In this document: positions 37,472 through 46,916 of the stretch, piece after piece | Position numbering within the stretch: the stretch's first letter is position 1 | How the letters are laid out: every line of letters begins with the position of its first letter | Origin: an uncultured Chloroflexia bacterium | GTDB taxonomy: Bacteria; Chloroflexota; Limnocylindria; Limnocylindrales; CSP1-4 | NCBI GenBank assembly: GCA_963746845.1 | Contig: CAVVCZ010000004.1 | Span: 736,001 to 800,000, forward strand | Length of the DNA: 64,000 nt | Direction: 5' to 3' | Made by a program: the position numbers and the translations under genes | Notes under the pieces: model-generated | Told to the model about the DNA's origin: nothing | Databases searched by the model: none | What the model saw: only the letters and a program-made list of their open reading frames with translations

Positions 37472-39331
37472 TCAGTGCCCGGAGGTGATCCCTTCGGCGA
37501 ACGCGAGCATCCGTGCGTGCTGGGCGATCGCGAGCTCGTCGTTGGCCGCGCTGCCCGTGTGGCCGGCGTCGAACCAGTCGATCTCGACGGGGTGGCCGCG
37601 GGCCTCGAGCCGCTCGACGTAGCGCTCGATCGGTCGGGCCGGCGTCCGGGTGTCGTTGCGGCCCTGGAGGATCAGGACCGGCGCCCGGACGTCGTCGACG
37701 TAGGTCAGCGGCGAACCGGCGCGCATCGCGTCGGCCTTCTGGTCCGGACCGCCACCGAACAGCATCCGCTGGTACGAGCGGAGCAGGTCCGTCGAGTCCT
37801 CGTAGTTCATCACCCAGTCGGCGATCGCGATGCCGGCCATGCCGCCCGCCCACAGGTCGGGCTGGCGCCCGAGGCCGAGGAGCGTGAGATAGCCCCCGTA
37901 CGACCAGCCGGTGAGCAGGATCTGGTCCGGGATCGCGATCCCGTTCTCGATCAGCCACGCCCGGGCGCCGGCCATGTCCTCGAGCTCGAGCTCGCCGAGC
38001 CGCCCCCAGATCGCATGCTCGAAGTCGCGCCCGAACGTCGTGGATCCGCGGTAGTTCACCGACAAGACCGCGAACCCATGGTCGAGGAACGCCTGGGCTC
38101 CGGGGTGGAAGTTGGCGAACTGCGCCGCCGTGGGGCCACCGTGCGTCTCGAGCACCAGCGGATACGGTGGCTCGCCGTCGGGGACGCCGAGCCAGGCCTG
38201 GATCGGCGTCCAGTCTGTCGACGGGAACGTGATGCTCCGGAAGGCGCGACCGCGCGGCACATCGCCGCTGGCCAGGATCGTGCGCGTCTGGCGCCCGGTC
38301 GCCGGATCGAGGCCGATGAGCCGGCGCGGCGAGGCGAAGTCCTCCCAGCGGCAGACGATCTCGGACCCATCGGGTCGGAAGTACGCCGCGCCGAACCGGG
38401 CGTAGCCCAGGACGGCGCCCGCCGGGTGGTCGAGGATCCGGACGGCGCCGTCCTCGAGGTTCCAGACGAGGAGCCGCTGCTCCGCCCCGTCGATGTTGCA
38501 GAGCAGGATCTCGCGATCGTCCGGTGACCAGTCGAGCCCGATCAGGTCGCCCGCGGGGGCGTCGGTCGGGAGATCGATCCGCGCGCCGGTCGAGGCGTCC
38601 CAGACGAGCGCCCGCTCCCGTCCCGACGCGTTCGTGGTCGCGAGCAAGCGGTGGTCGTCGCGACCGTGCGCGAAGGCGTGCGCGACGATGCTCGTGTCGG
38701 GGCCGTCCCACAGCTCGGGTCCTGGCTCGTCAGTGACCGTGTCGACGGTCAGGACGCTGAACTCGAAGCCGGCGGACCGGTGGGCGGAGGAGAACGCCGC
38801 GACCCGTCCGTCGGAGCTCAGGGCGAGGGTCCCGAGCGCCGCCTCGGAGTGGTGGATCGAGCGGAGGCTCTCGACCGGGCCGTCCTCGTGCATCGTCCCG
38901 TACCGCACCGCGAACCGGTCATCCGACGCCGTGATGATCGCGACCCGCCGGCCGAACCGGCTGAAGGCGATGTCCTCGGAGGCGTAGGGCGCGAGGTGCG
39001 GCGTCAGGTCGACCGGCTCGCCGCCGCGCGACGGCAGCGCGACCCAGTGGCCGATCTCGTCGCCGGCCGTGTCGCGCAGCCAGACGACCCAGCGGCCGTC
39101 CGGTGTCAGGTCCCCGACGAACCGACCTCCGGCCTCGAAGGTCAGCTGGGTCAGGCCACCGGAGATCGTGTCCCAGTGATGGAGCTGGGCGAGGCCGGTC
39201 GCGTTCGTCGCGACCAGCCCCGTCGTCGGATCGTCGAACGCGATCCGGCTGGCGAGGATCGCGGATGCCCGGAAGCGCGCCTGCCAGGCCGTGCCGCTGG
39301 TCGCGCGGGGATCGGACGACGCGATGGACAC
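37472..39331 (-). CDS. S9 prolyl oligopeptidase/acylaminoacyl peptidase
   Basis: Beta-propeller N-terminus; HGGP, NYRGS, GWSYGG, GRND, GH; start approximate. Confidence 0.9.
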   Translation of the reverse strand: MSIASSDPRATSGTAWQARFRASAILASRIAFDDPTTGLVATNATGLAQLHHWDTISGGLTQLTFEAGGRFVGDLTPDGRWVVWLRDTAGDEIGHWVALPSRGGEPVDLTPHLAPYASEDIAFSRFGRRVAIITASDDRFAVRYGTMHEDGPVESLRSIHHSEAALGTLALSSDGRVAAFSSAHRSAGFEFSVLTVDTVTDEPGPELWDGPDTSIVAHAFAHGRDDHRLLATTNASGRERALVWDASTGARIDLPTDAPAGDLIGLDWSPDDREILLCNIDGAEQRLLVWNLEDGAVRILDHPAGAVLGYARFGAAYFRPDGSEIVCRWEDFASPRRLIGLDPATGRQTRTILASGDVPRGRAFRSITFPSTDWTPIQAWLGVPDGEPPYPLVLETHGGPTAAQFANFHPGAQAFLDHGFAVLSVNYRGSTTFGRDFEHAIWGRLGELELEDMAGARAWLIENGIAIPDQILLTGWSYGGYLTLLGLGRQPDLWAGGMAGIAIADWVMNYEDSTDLLRSYQRMLFGGGPDQKADAMRAGSPLTYVDDVRAPVLILQGRNDTRTPARPIERYVERLEARGHPVEIDWFDAGHTGSAANDELAIAQHARMLAFAEGITSGH

Positions 39332-39345
39332 CGTCCGGCCGGCGG

Positions 39346-39585
39346 TCAGGCCGGAGACTGCGCGACGGCGTGCTTCTGGAGGGCCGCGATCATGTCGCGG
39401 GCCTGCTGATGGTCCTTCTCGTTCGGCTCGACGTGGTCCGCGACGATCCCGCAGTACACGTCGTGGATCGCCCGGCTCATCGTGTCCTCGTCCGCGACCG
39501 CGAGCCCGCTGTCCTTGAGGTAACGCGCGGTGTCGCTGTCCGCGGGGAGGTGCATCGCCTGGACCAGGGAATCTCGCATCGTCAT
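39346..39585 (-). CDS. Small hypothetical protein (79 aa)
   Basis: GGAGG SD, GC3-biased codons; IHDVYCG..DH motif. Confidence 0.7.
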   Translation of the reverse strand: MTMRDSLVQAMHLPADSDTARYLKDSGLAVADEDTMSRAIHDVYCGIVADHVEPNEKDHQQARDMIAALQKHAVAQSPA

Positions 39586-39719
39586 CGTGATCGCCTCCGT
39601 CGCCGGTTGGGTTCAGAAGCGTACGCCCGCCCGAGGCGACGCGTGAAGCCGGCGGGCGGCACATGGTGCGGGCCACCGGCCCGGGATCTGCAGACCGCCC
39701 CGTCGCGTATCGTCTCGTG

Positions 39720-41276
39720 ATGGAGCCAGGCCCGAGCCCGTCCCTCGAACCAGTCCCCGACTCGGCGGTGCCGACGTCGCCCGTGCCGGCCCGCTCGGGC
39801 AGGCGGGTGCTCGCCGCGCTCGCGGTCGCCGCCGTCGCGGTCGTGGTGGCGGTGGGCGCCCTGTGGGTCGTGCCGGGGCTCTCGAGGACGTCCGCGCCCG
39901 GATCCTCGGCCGAACCGGCGGGCTCGGCCGCCGCCATCGCCCAGTCACCGGTCAGCCCGATCGCGAGCCTCGAGCCGAGCCTCGCCCCCACCCCCATCCC
40001 GACTCGCCCCGCGCCGACACTGCTCCCCGGCGGTCCGTTCGCTTCGAGGGGGGCCATGGTCGTGATCGGGACCGACGAGGCCCTGTCCATCGTCGGGGCC
40101 TCCGGTCGCCGCACGGTGCTGGAGCCATCATCGGATGCCCAGTTCCGGTTCCCGACCTGGTCGCCCGATGGCTCGAAGATCGCCGTCCTCCGATACACGG
40201 CCAACGCGAGCCAGATCCTCGTCTTCGATGCCGCTGCCGCCACGAGCAACGGCTCGGCCGCGCCGGTCGTGATCCTCGACAGCACGACGATCGGGGCGTT
40301 CTACCTCTCCTGGACGCCGGACGGCAAGACGGTGTCGTACCTGGCGAACGAGGGAACCGGGCAGTCCCTGCGCCGCGCACCAGCCGACGGCAGCGCCCCG
40401 GTCGACGGATCCGGGCCGGGCTCGACGATCCGGAGCGGGTTCCCCTTCTACTTCGACTGGATCGGCACGGACCGGCTCCTGGCCCACATCGGCGATGGAA
40501 CGAGCGCGTTCCTCGGTGAGATCGGGCTCGACGGATCGGCCCGGACGGCGCTCGACTCGCCCGGCGACTTCCGGCCGCCGGTCGCCAGCCGCGACGGCCG
40601 GTTCATCGGCTACGTCCGGACGGCCGGGGCCGGCGGGTCCTTCGTCGTCGTATCCGGCCGGGACGGGTCGAACGAGCGCACGATCCCGGTGTTCGGGCCG
40701 GCGGCCGTCACGTTCGACCCGGTGGGCGACACGCTCGCCACCATCGGGGCGATCGCCGCGCCGGCCACGCCCCTGGCGATCCCGGTCGGGCCGGTCCGGC
40801 TGATCGACGCCGCGTCCGGCAAGGCGCGCACCATCCTGGACGGATCGGTGGTCGCCTTCTGGTGGTCACCGGACGGCCGCACGATCGCGGCGCTCCGCGT
40901 CCAGCCGGTGGCGGTTCCGGCCCCGTCCGGGGGCCCCAGCCCCGGAGCTGGCGCCTCTCCGGCGGCGAGCGAGGTCGCCTCGGCAGGCCCCGACGCTTCG
41001 ACGGCCCCGCAGAGCGAGGTCAGGCTGGTCTTCGTCGACACCGCCTCCGGCCTGATCCGGTCCCAACCGCTGGTGAGCCCCGGGCAACTGTTCATCGAAC
41101 AACTGCTCCCCTTCTTCGACCAGTACGCGCTGAGCCACCGGCTCTGGGCCCCGGATGGCTCGTCGCTGTTGATGCCGATCATGCTGCCGGACGGTCTGAC
41201 GCAGCTGTACGCGATCCCGGCCGATGGCGGCCCGGTCCGCACCCTCGACGGGATCGCCGGGTTCTGGAGCCCGTAA
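39720..41276 (+). CDS. Membrane-anchored TolB-like (PD40) beta-propeller protein
   Basis: N-terminal TM + Pro/Ser linker; repeated W(S/T/A)PDG. Confidence 0.82.
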   Translation: MEPGPSPSLEPVPDSAVPTSPVPARSGRRVLAALAVAAVAVVVAVGALWVVPGLSRTSAPGSSAEPAGSAAAIAQSPVSPIASLEPSLAPTPIPTRPAPTLLPGGPFASRGAMVVIGTDEALSIVGASGRRTVLEPSSDAQFRFPTWSPDGSKIAVLRYTANASQILVFDAAAATSNGSAAPVVILDSTTIGAFYLSWTPDGKTVSYLANEGTGQSLRRAPADGSAPVDGSGPGSTIRSGFPFYFDWIGTDRLLAHIGDGTSAFLGEIGLDGSARTALDSPGDFRPPVASRDGRFIGYVRTAGAGGSFVVVSGRDGSNERTIPVFGPAAVTFDPVGDTLATIGAIAAPATPLAIPVGPVRLIDAASGKARTILDGSVVAFWWSPDGRTIAALRVQPVAVPAPSGGPSPGAGASPAASEVASAGPDASTAPQSEVRLVFVDTASGLIRSQPLVSPGQLFIEQLLPFFDQYALSHRLWAPDGSSLLMPIMLPDGLTQLYAIPADGGPVRTLDGIAGFWSP

Positions 41277-41301
41277 CGACGGTCCCGCGAGGACGCGAGG
41301 G

Positions 41302-42057
41302 TCAGCGCACGTAGCTCGCGCCGTTGATATCGATCGTCGTACCGGTCGCGTGACGGGCGAGCCCGGAGGCGAGGAAGGCGATGACGTTCGCGACGTCCTG
41401 GGGCTGCGCGACTTCGCCGAGACCGGTGTCGCTCGCGGCCGCTGCAACGCCGAACTTCTCGGCGAACGGCCGATTGAACGCGGTGTCGACGTAGCCCGGG
41501 GCGACGGCGAACGCCGTGACACCTTGGCGGCCGTATTGGCGGGCGATCGTCCGCGTCATGGCGACGACACCAGCCTTGGCCGCGGCATAGTGCCAGAACT
41601 CCGGGTCCTCGCCCCGGAACGCCGCCCGACTCGCGAGGTTGATGATGATCCCACCACCCTCCTGGACCGCGTAGGTCGCGATCGCCTCGCGGCACAGGAT
41701 GGCTGGAGCGATCAGGTTCACCCCCAGCGACAGGTCCCAGACTGCCGTCCAGTCCTCGAGCGAGCGGTCCAGCTCCGCGGGTGGGTAGATCCCGGCGTTG
41801 TTGACGAGGGCGTCGATCCTGCCGGTGACCGCGAGGGCATCGCGCCACAACGCCTGCGTCGCCGCTCGATCGCGAAGGTCCACTGGCAGCGGGTGGGCCG
41901 CCGGCCCGAGCTCGGCGGCGAGCGCCGCCAGGGGCGCGGCGTTCACGTCGTGGATGACGACCGTCGCGCCGGCACCCGCCAGGGTCCGGGCGGTGGCCGA
42001 GCCGATCCCACCGGCGGCTCCGGTGATCAGGACGACGCGGCCCGACAGATCGATCAT
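41302..42057 (-). CDS. Short-chain dehydrogenase/reductase
   Basis: TGAAGGIG, NNAG, YAAAK; SD GAGGAAGAG. Confidence 0.92.
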   Translation of the reverse strand: MIDLSGRVVLITGAAGGIGSATARTLAGAGATVVIHDVNAAPLAALAAELGPAAHPLPVDLRDRAATQALWRDALAVTGRIDALVNNAGIYPPAELDRSLEDWTAVWDLSLGVNLIAPAILCREAIATYAVQEGGGIIINLASRAAFRGEDPEFWHYAAAKAGVVAMTRTIARQYGRQGVTAFAVAPGYVDTAFNRPFAEKFGVAAAASDTGLGEVAQPQDVANVIAFLASGLARHATGTTIDINGASYVR

Positions 42058-42122
42058 CTCTTCCTCCCGATCCCGGCCGATCCGGCCGGCAGATCGACCC
42101 GCCGACGGCCGTTGCGAGCGGC

Positions 42123-42151
42123 TTGACCCCGATTGGCCCAAGCGCAAGACT
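42123..42151 (+). promoter_or_regulatory. Sigma70-like promoter of the ABC importer operon
   Basis: TTGACC-17-AAGACT, GTG 6 nt downstream. Confidence 0.55.
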
Positions 42152-42204
42152 GTCGGCGTGAGGAGCGGGCCAGTGCTCGGAAATGATCCGTCGCTGTCTG
42201 ACGG

Positions 42205-43044
42205 ATGACAAGCCCGGGACACCAGCCCCCTTCCATCGCGAACCCAGCAGATGTCGAGCCGGCACCGGTCGGTGACGCCCTGCTCGAGGTCCGCGGGCTG
42301 TCGAAGTCGTTCCGCGGACTCCAGGCGCTCAGCGACTACGACCTGAGCCTGCCGGCCGGCACGATCCATGGGGTGATCGGGCCGAACGGAGCCGGCAAGA
42401 CGACCTTGTTCCACGTCCTCTCGGGGTTCCTCCGGCCGTCCGTGGGATCGATCCGGTTCGAAGGTCGCGACATCACCGGATCGCCGGCCTACCGGGTCGC
42501 GCGGCTGGGGATCGCCCGGACCTTCCAGAACATCCGCCTGTTCGGCGACCTGCCGGTGATCGACAACGTCAAGGCCGGGCTCCAGGGCGACGCCCGACGG
42601 TCCCTCGTCGGGATGCTCCTCTCGAGCGGCGGCTTCCGGAGCCAGGAGCGCGAGCTGACCGACCGGGCACTCGAGCTCCTTCGGCTGTTCGGGCTCGAAG
42701 GGCGACGGGATCGCCTGGCGAAGCATCTCCCGTACGGAGATCAGCGGCGGCTCGAGATCGCCCGGGCCGTCGGCACGGGACCGCGGATCCTCCTGCTCGA
42801 CGAGCCGAATGCGGGGATGAACCCGGTCGAGACCCAGGAGCTGCTCACGCTGATCCGTCGGATCCGCGACGAACGGTCGATCACGATCGTCCTCGTCGCG
42901 CACGACATCCCGCTCGTGATGAACCTGTGCGAGCGGATCCAGGTCCTCAACTACGGTCGGATCATCGCCGAGGGCGATCCGGCCGCCGTCCGGTCCGATC
43001 CCGACGTGATCGCCGCCTATCTCGGCCAGGCTCGTCGTGCTTGA
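42205..43044 (+). CDS. HAAT (Liv-type) ABC ATP-binding subunit, LivG-like
   Basis: GPNGAGKT, ARTFQNIRLF, LPYGDQRRLEIARA, LDEP.AGMN. Confidence 0.92.
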   Translation: MTSPGHQPPSIANPADVEPAPVGDALLEVRGLSKSFRGLQALSDYDLSLPAGTIHGVIGPNGAGKTTLFHVLSGFLRPSVGSIRFEGRDITGSPAYRVARLGIARTFQNIRLFGDLPVIDNVKAGLQGDARRSLVGMLLSSGGFRSQERELTDRALELLRLFGLEGRRDRLAKHLPYGDQRRLEIARAVGTGPRILLLDEPNAGMNPVETQELLTLIRRIRDERSITIVLVAHDIPLVMNLCERIQVLNYGRIIAEGDPAAVRSDPDVIAAYLGQARRA

Positions 43045-43756
43045 GCTGGCCGACGTCCACGTCCGGTACGGCAGCATCCGCGCCCTCCAGGGCGTGTCGT
43101 TCCGCGTCGAGACCGGGGAGCTCGTGGCCCTGATCGGCTCGAACGGCGCAGGCAAGACCACCACGCTCCGGACGATCTCGGGACTTCTTCGGCCGACCCA
43201 GGGCACCGTCACGTTCGAGGGGTCCGACATCACGAGTGCGTCGACGGATCGGATCGTCGGCCTGGGAATCTCCCATTGCCCCGAGGGACGACGGATCTTC
43301 GGGAGCCTCTCGGTGTCCGACAACCTCCGCCTCGGGGCGGTCACGAGATCGGACGCGGCGGAGGTCGCCGCCGACCTGGAGATGGTGTTCGAGCTCTTTC
43401 CGCTGCTCCGCGAGCGCGTCGGTCAGGCCGGCGGAACGCTGTCGGGAGGCGAGCAGCAGATGCTGGCGATCGGGCGGGCGCTGATGAGCCGGCCGCGGCT
43501 GCTCCTGCTGGACGAGCCGTCGCTCGGGCTGGCCCCGCTCATGGTCGAGCGGATCTTTGCGACGATCGCCGCCCTCAAGGCCCAGGGGCGGACGATCCTG
43601 CTGGTCGAGCAGAACGTGCACCAGGCGCTGGATGTCGCCGACCGGGCGTACGTCGTCGAGACGGGTCGGATCACCCTCGACGGTCCGGCCGAAGTCCTCC
43701 GCCACGACCCCAAGGTCGAGCAGTCGTACCTCGGCGTGGGGAGCGTCGCCCTGTGA
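43037..43756 (+). CDS. HAAT ABC ATP-binding subunit, LivF-like
   Basis: GSNGAGKT, PEGRRIF, LSGGEQQMLAIGRALM, DEPSLGLAP. Confidence 0.93.
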   Translation: MLELADVHVRYGSIRALQGVSFRVETGELVALIGSNGAGKTTTLRTISGLLRPTQGTVTFEGSDITSASTDRIVGLGISHCPEGRRIFGSLSVSDNLRLGAVTRSDAAEVAADLEMVFELFPLLRERVGQAGGTLSGGEQQMLAIGRALMSRPRLLLLDEPSLGLAPLMVERIFATIAALKAQGRTILLVEQNVHQALDVADRAYVVETGRITLDGPAEVLRHDPKVEQSYLGVGSVAL

Positions 43757-44727
43757 TCGACTACGCGATCCAGCAGGTCGTCAACGCACTCAGCGCGGGC
43801 AGCCTGTACGCCCTGATGGCCGTCGGGCTCGCCATGGTCTTCGGCATCCTCCGGCTCATCAACTTTGCCCACGGTGACCTGATGATGATCGCGGCGTACG
43901 TCGCGGTCTTCTGCCTGGGTGCGGGTCTCTCGCTCGCGGTGGCCATCCCGGTGATGATCATCGGGACGGTCGGCGTCGGCCTGCTGATGGAGCGGGTCGC
44001 CTACCGGCCGATCCGCGGCGCGCCGGATGTGGCGATGCTGCTCACATCGTTCGCGGTCGGGCAGATCCTCCAGAACGGCACGCTGCTCACGACCCGTCTC
44101 GCCGGACAGCCGACGCTCATCGCGTTCCCGAGCCCGGACCTGTTGAACGGCGTCGTGACGGTCGGCGCGATCACGATCCCGAAGGTCAACCTCGCAAGCT
44201 TCGTGTCCGGGATCGTCCTGCTCGGGCTGCTCAGCCTGTTCGTGACGCGGACGACCCTGGGGCTGTCGATGCGGGCGGCCGCCGAGGACCTGGCCGCAGC
44301 CCAGTTGATGGGGATCAACGTCAACCGCGTCGTCGCGACGGCGTTCGCGATCGGCGCGGCGCTCGCGGCCGTCGCCGGGCTGCTCTATGCGGTCCAGGCC
44401 GGCCAGATCAACCCGTATATGGGCTTCACGCCGGTCCTCAAGGCATTCATCGCCGCAGTCATCGGCGGCTTCGGGAGCATCAGCGGTGCCGTGCTGGGCG
44501 GTTACGTCCTCGGCTTCCTGGAGGTCTTCGTCACGTCGATCGCGGGGATCGGCGACCTCCTGCCCGCGGGCTCGGTCCCGCCGGAGATCAGAGTGTTCCT
44601 CCAGCAATGGCTGCCGAGCGGGCTCGCGAGCTGGCGCGACGCCGTCGTCTTCGTCGTCCTGATCCTCGTCCTCCTCGTCCGGCCCCAGGGAATCCTCGGC
44701 CGCCGGGTCCGGGAGGACGAGCTGTGA
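43753..44727 (+). CDS. HAAT ABC permease, LivH-like
   Basis: YALMAVGL..FG...INFAHG, KAFIAAVIGGFGS, RPQGILG. Confidence 0.92.
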   Translation: MIDYAIQQVVNALSAGSLYALMAVGLAMVFGILRLINFAHGDLMMIAAYVAVFCLGAGLSLAVAIPVMIIGTVGVGLLMERVAYRPIRGAPDVAMLLTSFAVGQILQNGTLLTTRLAGQPTLIAFPSPDLLNGVVTVGAITIPKVNLASFVSGIVLLGLLSLFVTRTTLGLSMRAAAEDLAAAQLMGINVNRVVATAFAIGAALAAVAGLLYAVQAGQINPYMGFTPVLKAFIAAVIGGFGSISGAVLGGYVLGFLEVFVTSIAGIGDLLPAGSVPPEIRVFLQQWLPSGLASWRDAVVFVVLILVLLVRPQGILGRRVREDEL

Positions 44728-45788
44728 GCGCGCGCCGCGCCGCCGGACCCCTGCTGGTCGTCGCCCTGGCGTCGGTGGCGCTGGCGCTGCTCGAGGCGAG
44801 CGGCCAGTCGTTCTGGCAGGGCCTCGTGATCAACCTCGCGATCTTCACGATCCTCACGGTGTCGCTGAACCTGACGAGCGGCTTCACTGGCGTCTTCTCG
44901 CTCGGCCAGATCGGGTTCATGGCCCTCGGCGCGTACATCTCGGCGATCCTCACCCTGCCCCTCCCGGAGAAGGCCTCGTACCTTCCGAACCTGCCGTCGT
45001 GGCTGGCCGGCGTCCACCTCGACCAGCGAATTGGCCCGGTGCCGATCGGGTTCCTCGCGGCGACGCTGATCGCGGGTGTCGTCGTGAGCGTCATCGCGTG
45101 GCTCGTCGGACGGATCCTGATGCGGCTGTCAGGGCACTTCGTGGCGGTGGCGACGCTCGGCTTCCTGGTGATCGTCCGGGTCGTCCTGTTCAACGCCGAT
45201 TCCTTCACGCGCGGCTCGCGGACCTTCTCGAACGTGACGCCGTACACGAACCTGTGGTGGTCGTGGGCCTGGGTCCTCCTCGTCGTCTACACCGTCTGGC
45301 GGATCAAGCGCTCCGCGTATGGCCGCGACATGTTCGTCCAGCGCGACGATCGCGTCGCAGCCCAGGCGGTCGGCATCCGGGTGATGGAGCCGCGACTCCT
45401 GGCGTTCGTCATCGGCGCGTTCTTCTCGGCGGTGGCGGGCTCGCTTTACGCCCACTTCATCACGTCGTTCTCGCCGACCGTCTTCTACTTCGACTTGACC
45501 TTCCGGGTGATCACGATGCTCGTCATCGGCGGGATGGGCTCGGTCAGCGGATCCGTCCTTGGTGCGATCGCGATCGTGGGGCTGACCGAAGCGCTCCGCC
45601 GGGTCGAGGACGCGACCCTCCTGTACGGGCTGAGCCAGATCATCCTCGCCGTGATCTTCATCGTGGTGATCACCGTCCGGCGCGAGGGGCTCCTGGGCCA
45701 GCGCGAGGTCCCGCTGGATCGGCTGTTCGACCGCCGTCCGAAGCCACCGCCGACCGTACCGGAGCGTTCGTCGGGTCAGAGCCCGTAG
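44724..45788 (+). CDS. HAAT ABC permease, LivM-like
   Basis: SLNLTSGFTGVFSLGQ.GFMALGAY, AVATLGF, IGGMGS. Confidence 0.92.
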   Translation: MSARRAAGPLLVVALASVALALLEASGQSFWQGLVINLAIFTILTVSLNLTSGFTGVFSLGQIGFMALGAYISAILTLPLPEKASYLPNLPSWLAGVHLDQRIGPVPIGFLAATLIAGVVVSVIAWLVGRILMRLSGHFVAVATLGFLVIVRVVLFNADSFTRGSRTFSNVTPYTNLWWSWAWVLLVVYTVWRIKRSAYGRDMFVQRDDRVAAQAVGIRVMEPRLLAFVIGAFFSAVAGSLYAHFITSFSPTVFYFDLTFRVITMLVIGGMGSVSGSVLGAIAIVGLTEALRRVEDATLLYGLSQIILAVIFIVVITVRREGLLGQREVPLDRLFDRRPKPPPTVPERSSGQSP

Positions 45789-46903
45789 ACGGCCTCCGAG
45801 TTGCGCCACAGGATGCACTCGGCCCAGTCGAGCGCGACCCGCTCGTCGATCGCGCCGTCGGCGATGTGCTCGTCGAGCACCCGCGCAAGCGCACGCCGGC
45901 CCAGCCGTGCGCCGACCCAGTAGAGCTCGGGGACGAGGGATGCATCCGTGCTGAAGAGGAGCTTGCTGGCCGGGGCGAGCCCGAGCAGCTCGCGATAGAT
46001 CCCGGTGCCCTCGCCCGCGGCGAAGAGGATCGCCTCGCCCAGGTCCGCGTAGACGTTGGGAAACATCGCGGCCAGGTACGCAAGCGAGCGGACGTACGGA
46101 TAGCCCGTGTGGAGGAGCACGATCGGCGCCGCCCGGAAGCGCTCGGCAAACAGGATCCGCAGGGCCGCCGGATCGACGAGCGTGAGATCGAGATCCGGGT
46201 CGCCGAGTCCGGTGTGGAACTGGATCGGGATGCCCTGCCGAGCCGCCTCCTCGACCGCGATCACGATCAGGTGATCGAGCAACGGCTTTGACTCGATCCG
46301 CAGCCGGCCCGCCCGGCGGCCGATCTCTCGGACGGCGGTGAACGCCGCCGCCGCATCGTCGCGGTCCACGTCCTGGACGTGGAGGCCCGTCCGGTACGCA
46401 ATCACCGACTTCATCCCGACGATCCCGCGGCTCCGCAGGTCGCCGATCTCCGCTCGGTAGGCGTCGAGGAAGCCGTCGAAGCCATCGGACTCGAGGATCA
46501 GCCGCTCGATCATCGGCTCGAGGCGCAGGATCTCCTCGATCCGGCAGGGCGCGAGCGTCCGCAGCTCATCAAGCGAATAGGTCGTGTCGCCGCCGTAGCC
46601 CGTGTCGATGAGCCACGTCTTGAAGGCGCCGCGCCGGACGATCTCGCGGGTCAGCCATTCGACGCCACGGGCCCGCCGAGCGGCATGGACCGCCTCGGGC
46701 GTCGGCTCGCAGTCAAGGAGGACCGCGAGCTCGCGCAGGGTCCACTGATAGAGCAGCGAGGTCGGAACGTGGTCGTGGGCGATCGCCTCGAACGTCGACT
46801 CCGTCAGGTGGATCCGGAACGCGTCGTCGTCGGGCGGCTGGTGACGCAGCAGCGAGTGGCAGTGGTTGTCGACGATCGGGACCGCGCCCAGGTCGAGGGC
46901 CAC
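45776..46903 (-). CDS. Amidohydrolase_2 family protein (FluG N-terminal-like)
   Basis: DNHCH, KSVIAYRTGL, QFHTGLGD, LLHTGYPY, KLLFSTD. Confidence 0.9.
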   Translation of the reverse strand: MALDLGAVPIVDNHCHSLLRHQPPDDDAFRIHLTESTFEAIAHDHVPTSLLYQWTLRELAVLLDCEPTPEAVHAARRARGVEWLTREIVRRGAFKTWLIDTGYGGDTTYSLDELRTLAPCRIEEILRLEPMIERLILESDGFDGFLDAYRAEIGDLRSRGIVGMKSVIAYRTGLHVQDVDRDDAAAAFTAVREIGRRAGRLRIESKPLLDHLIVIAVEEAARQGIPIQFHTGLGDPDLDLTLVDPAALRILFAERFRAAPIVLLHTGYPYVRSLAYLAAMFPNVYADLGEAILFAAGEGTGIYRELLGLAPASKLLFSTDASLVPELYWVGARLGRRALARVLDEHIADGAIDERVALDWAECILWRNSEAVYGL

Positions 46904-46916
46904 GTCGACCGCCGCC

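Noticed and set aside
37472-40285. 937-aa S9 peptidase ORF
   Set aside because: The N-terminal ~320 aa overlap a real small gene and the antisense of the TolB-like gene; the true start is near 39331
41302-43344. 680-aa SDR ORF and other long antisense or alternative-frame ORFs (e.g. 10436-13012, 19239-21497, 30574-32772, 53067-55211, 59602-61320)
   Set aside because: Shadow ORFs from stop-codon scarcity in high-GC DNA; they overlap well-supported genes and have no family motifs outside the real domains
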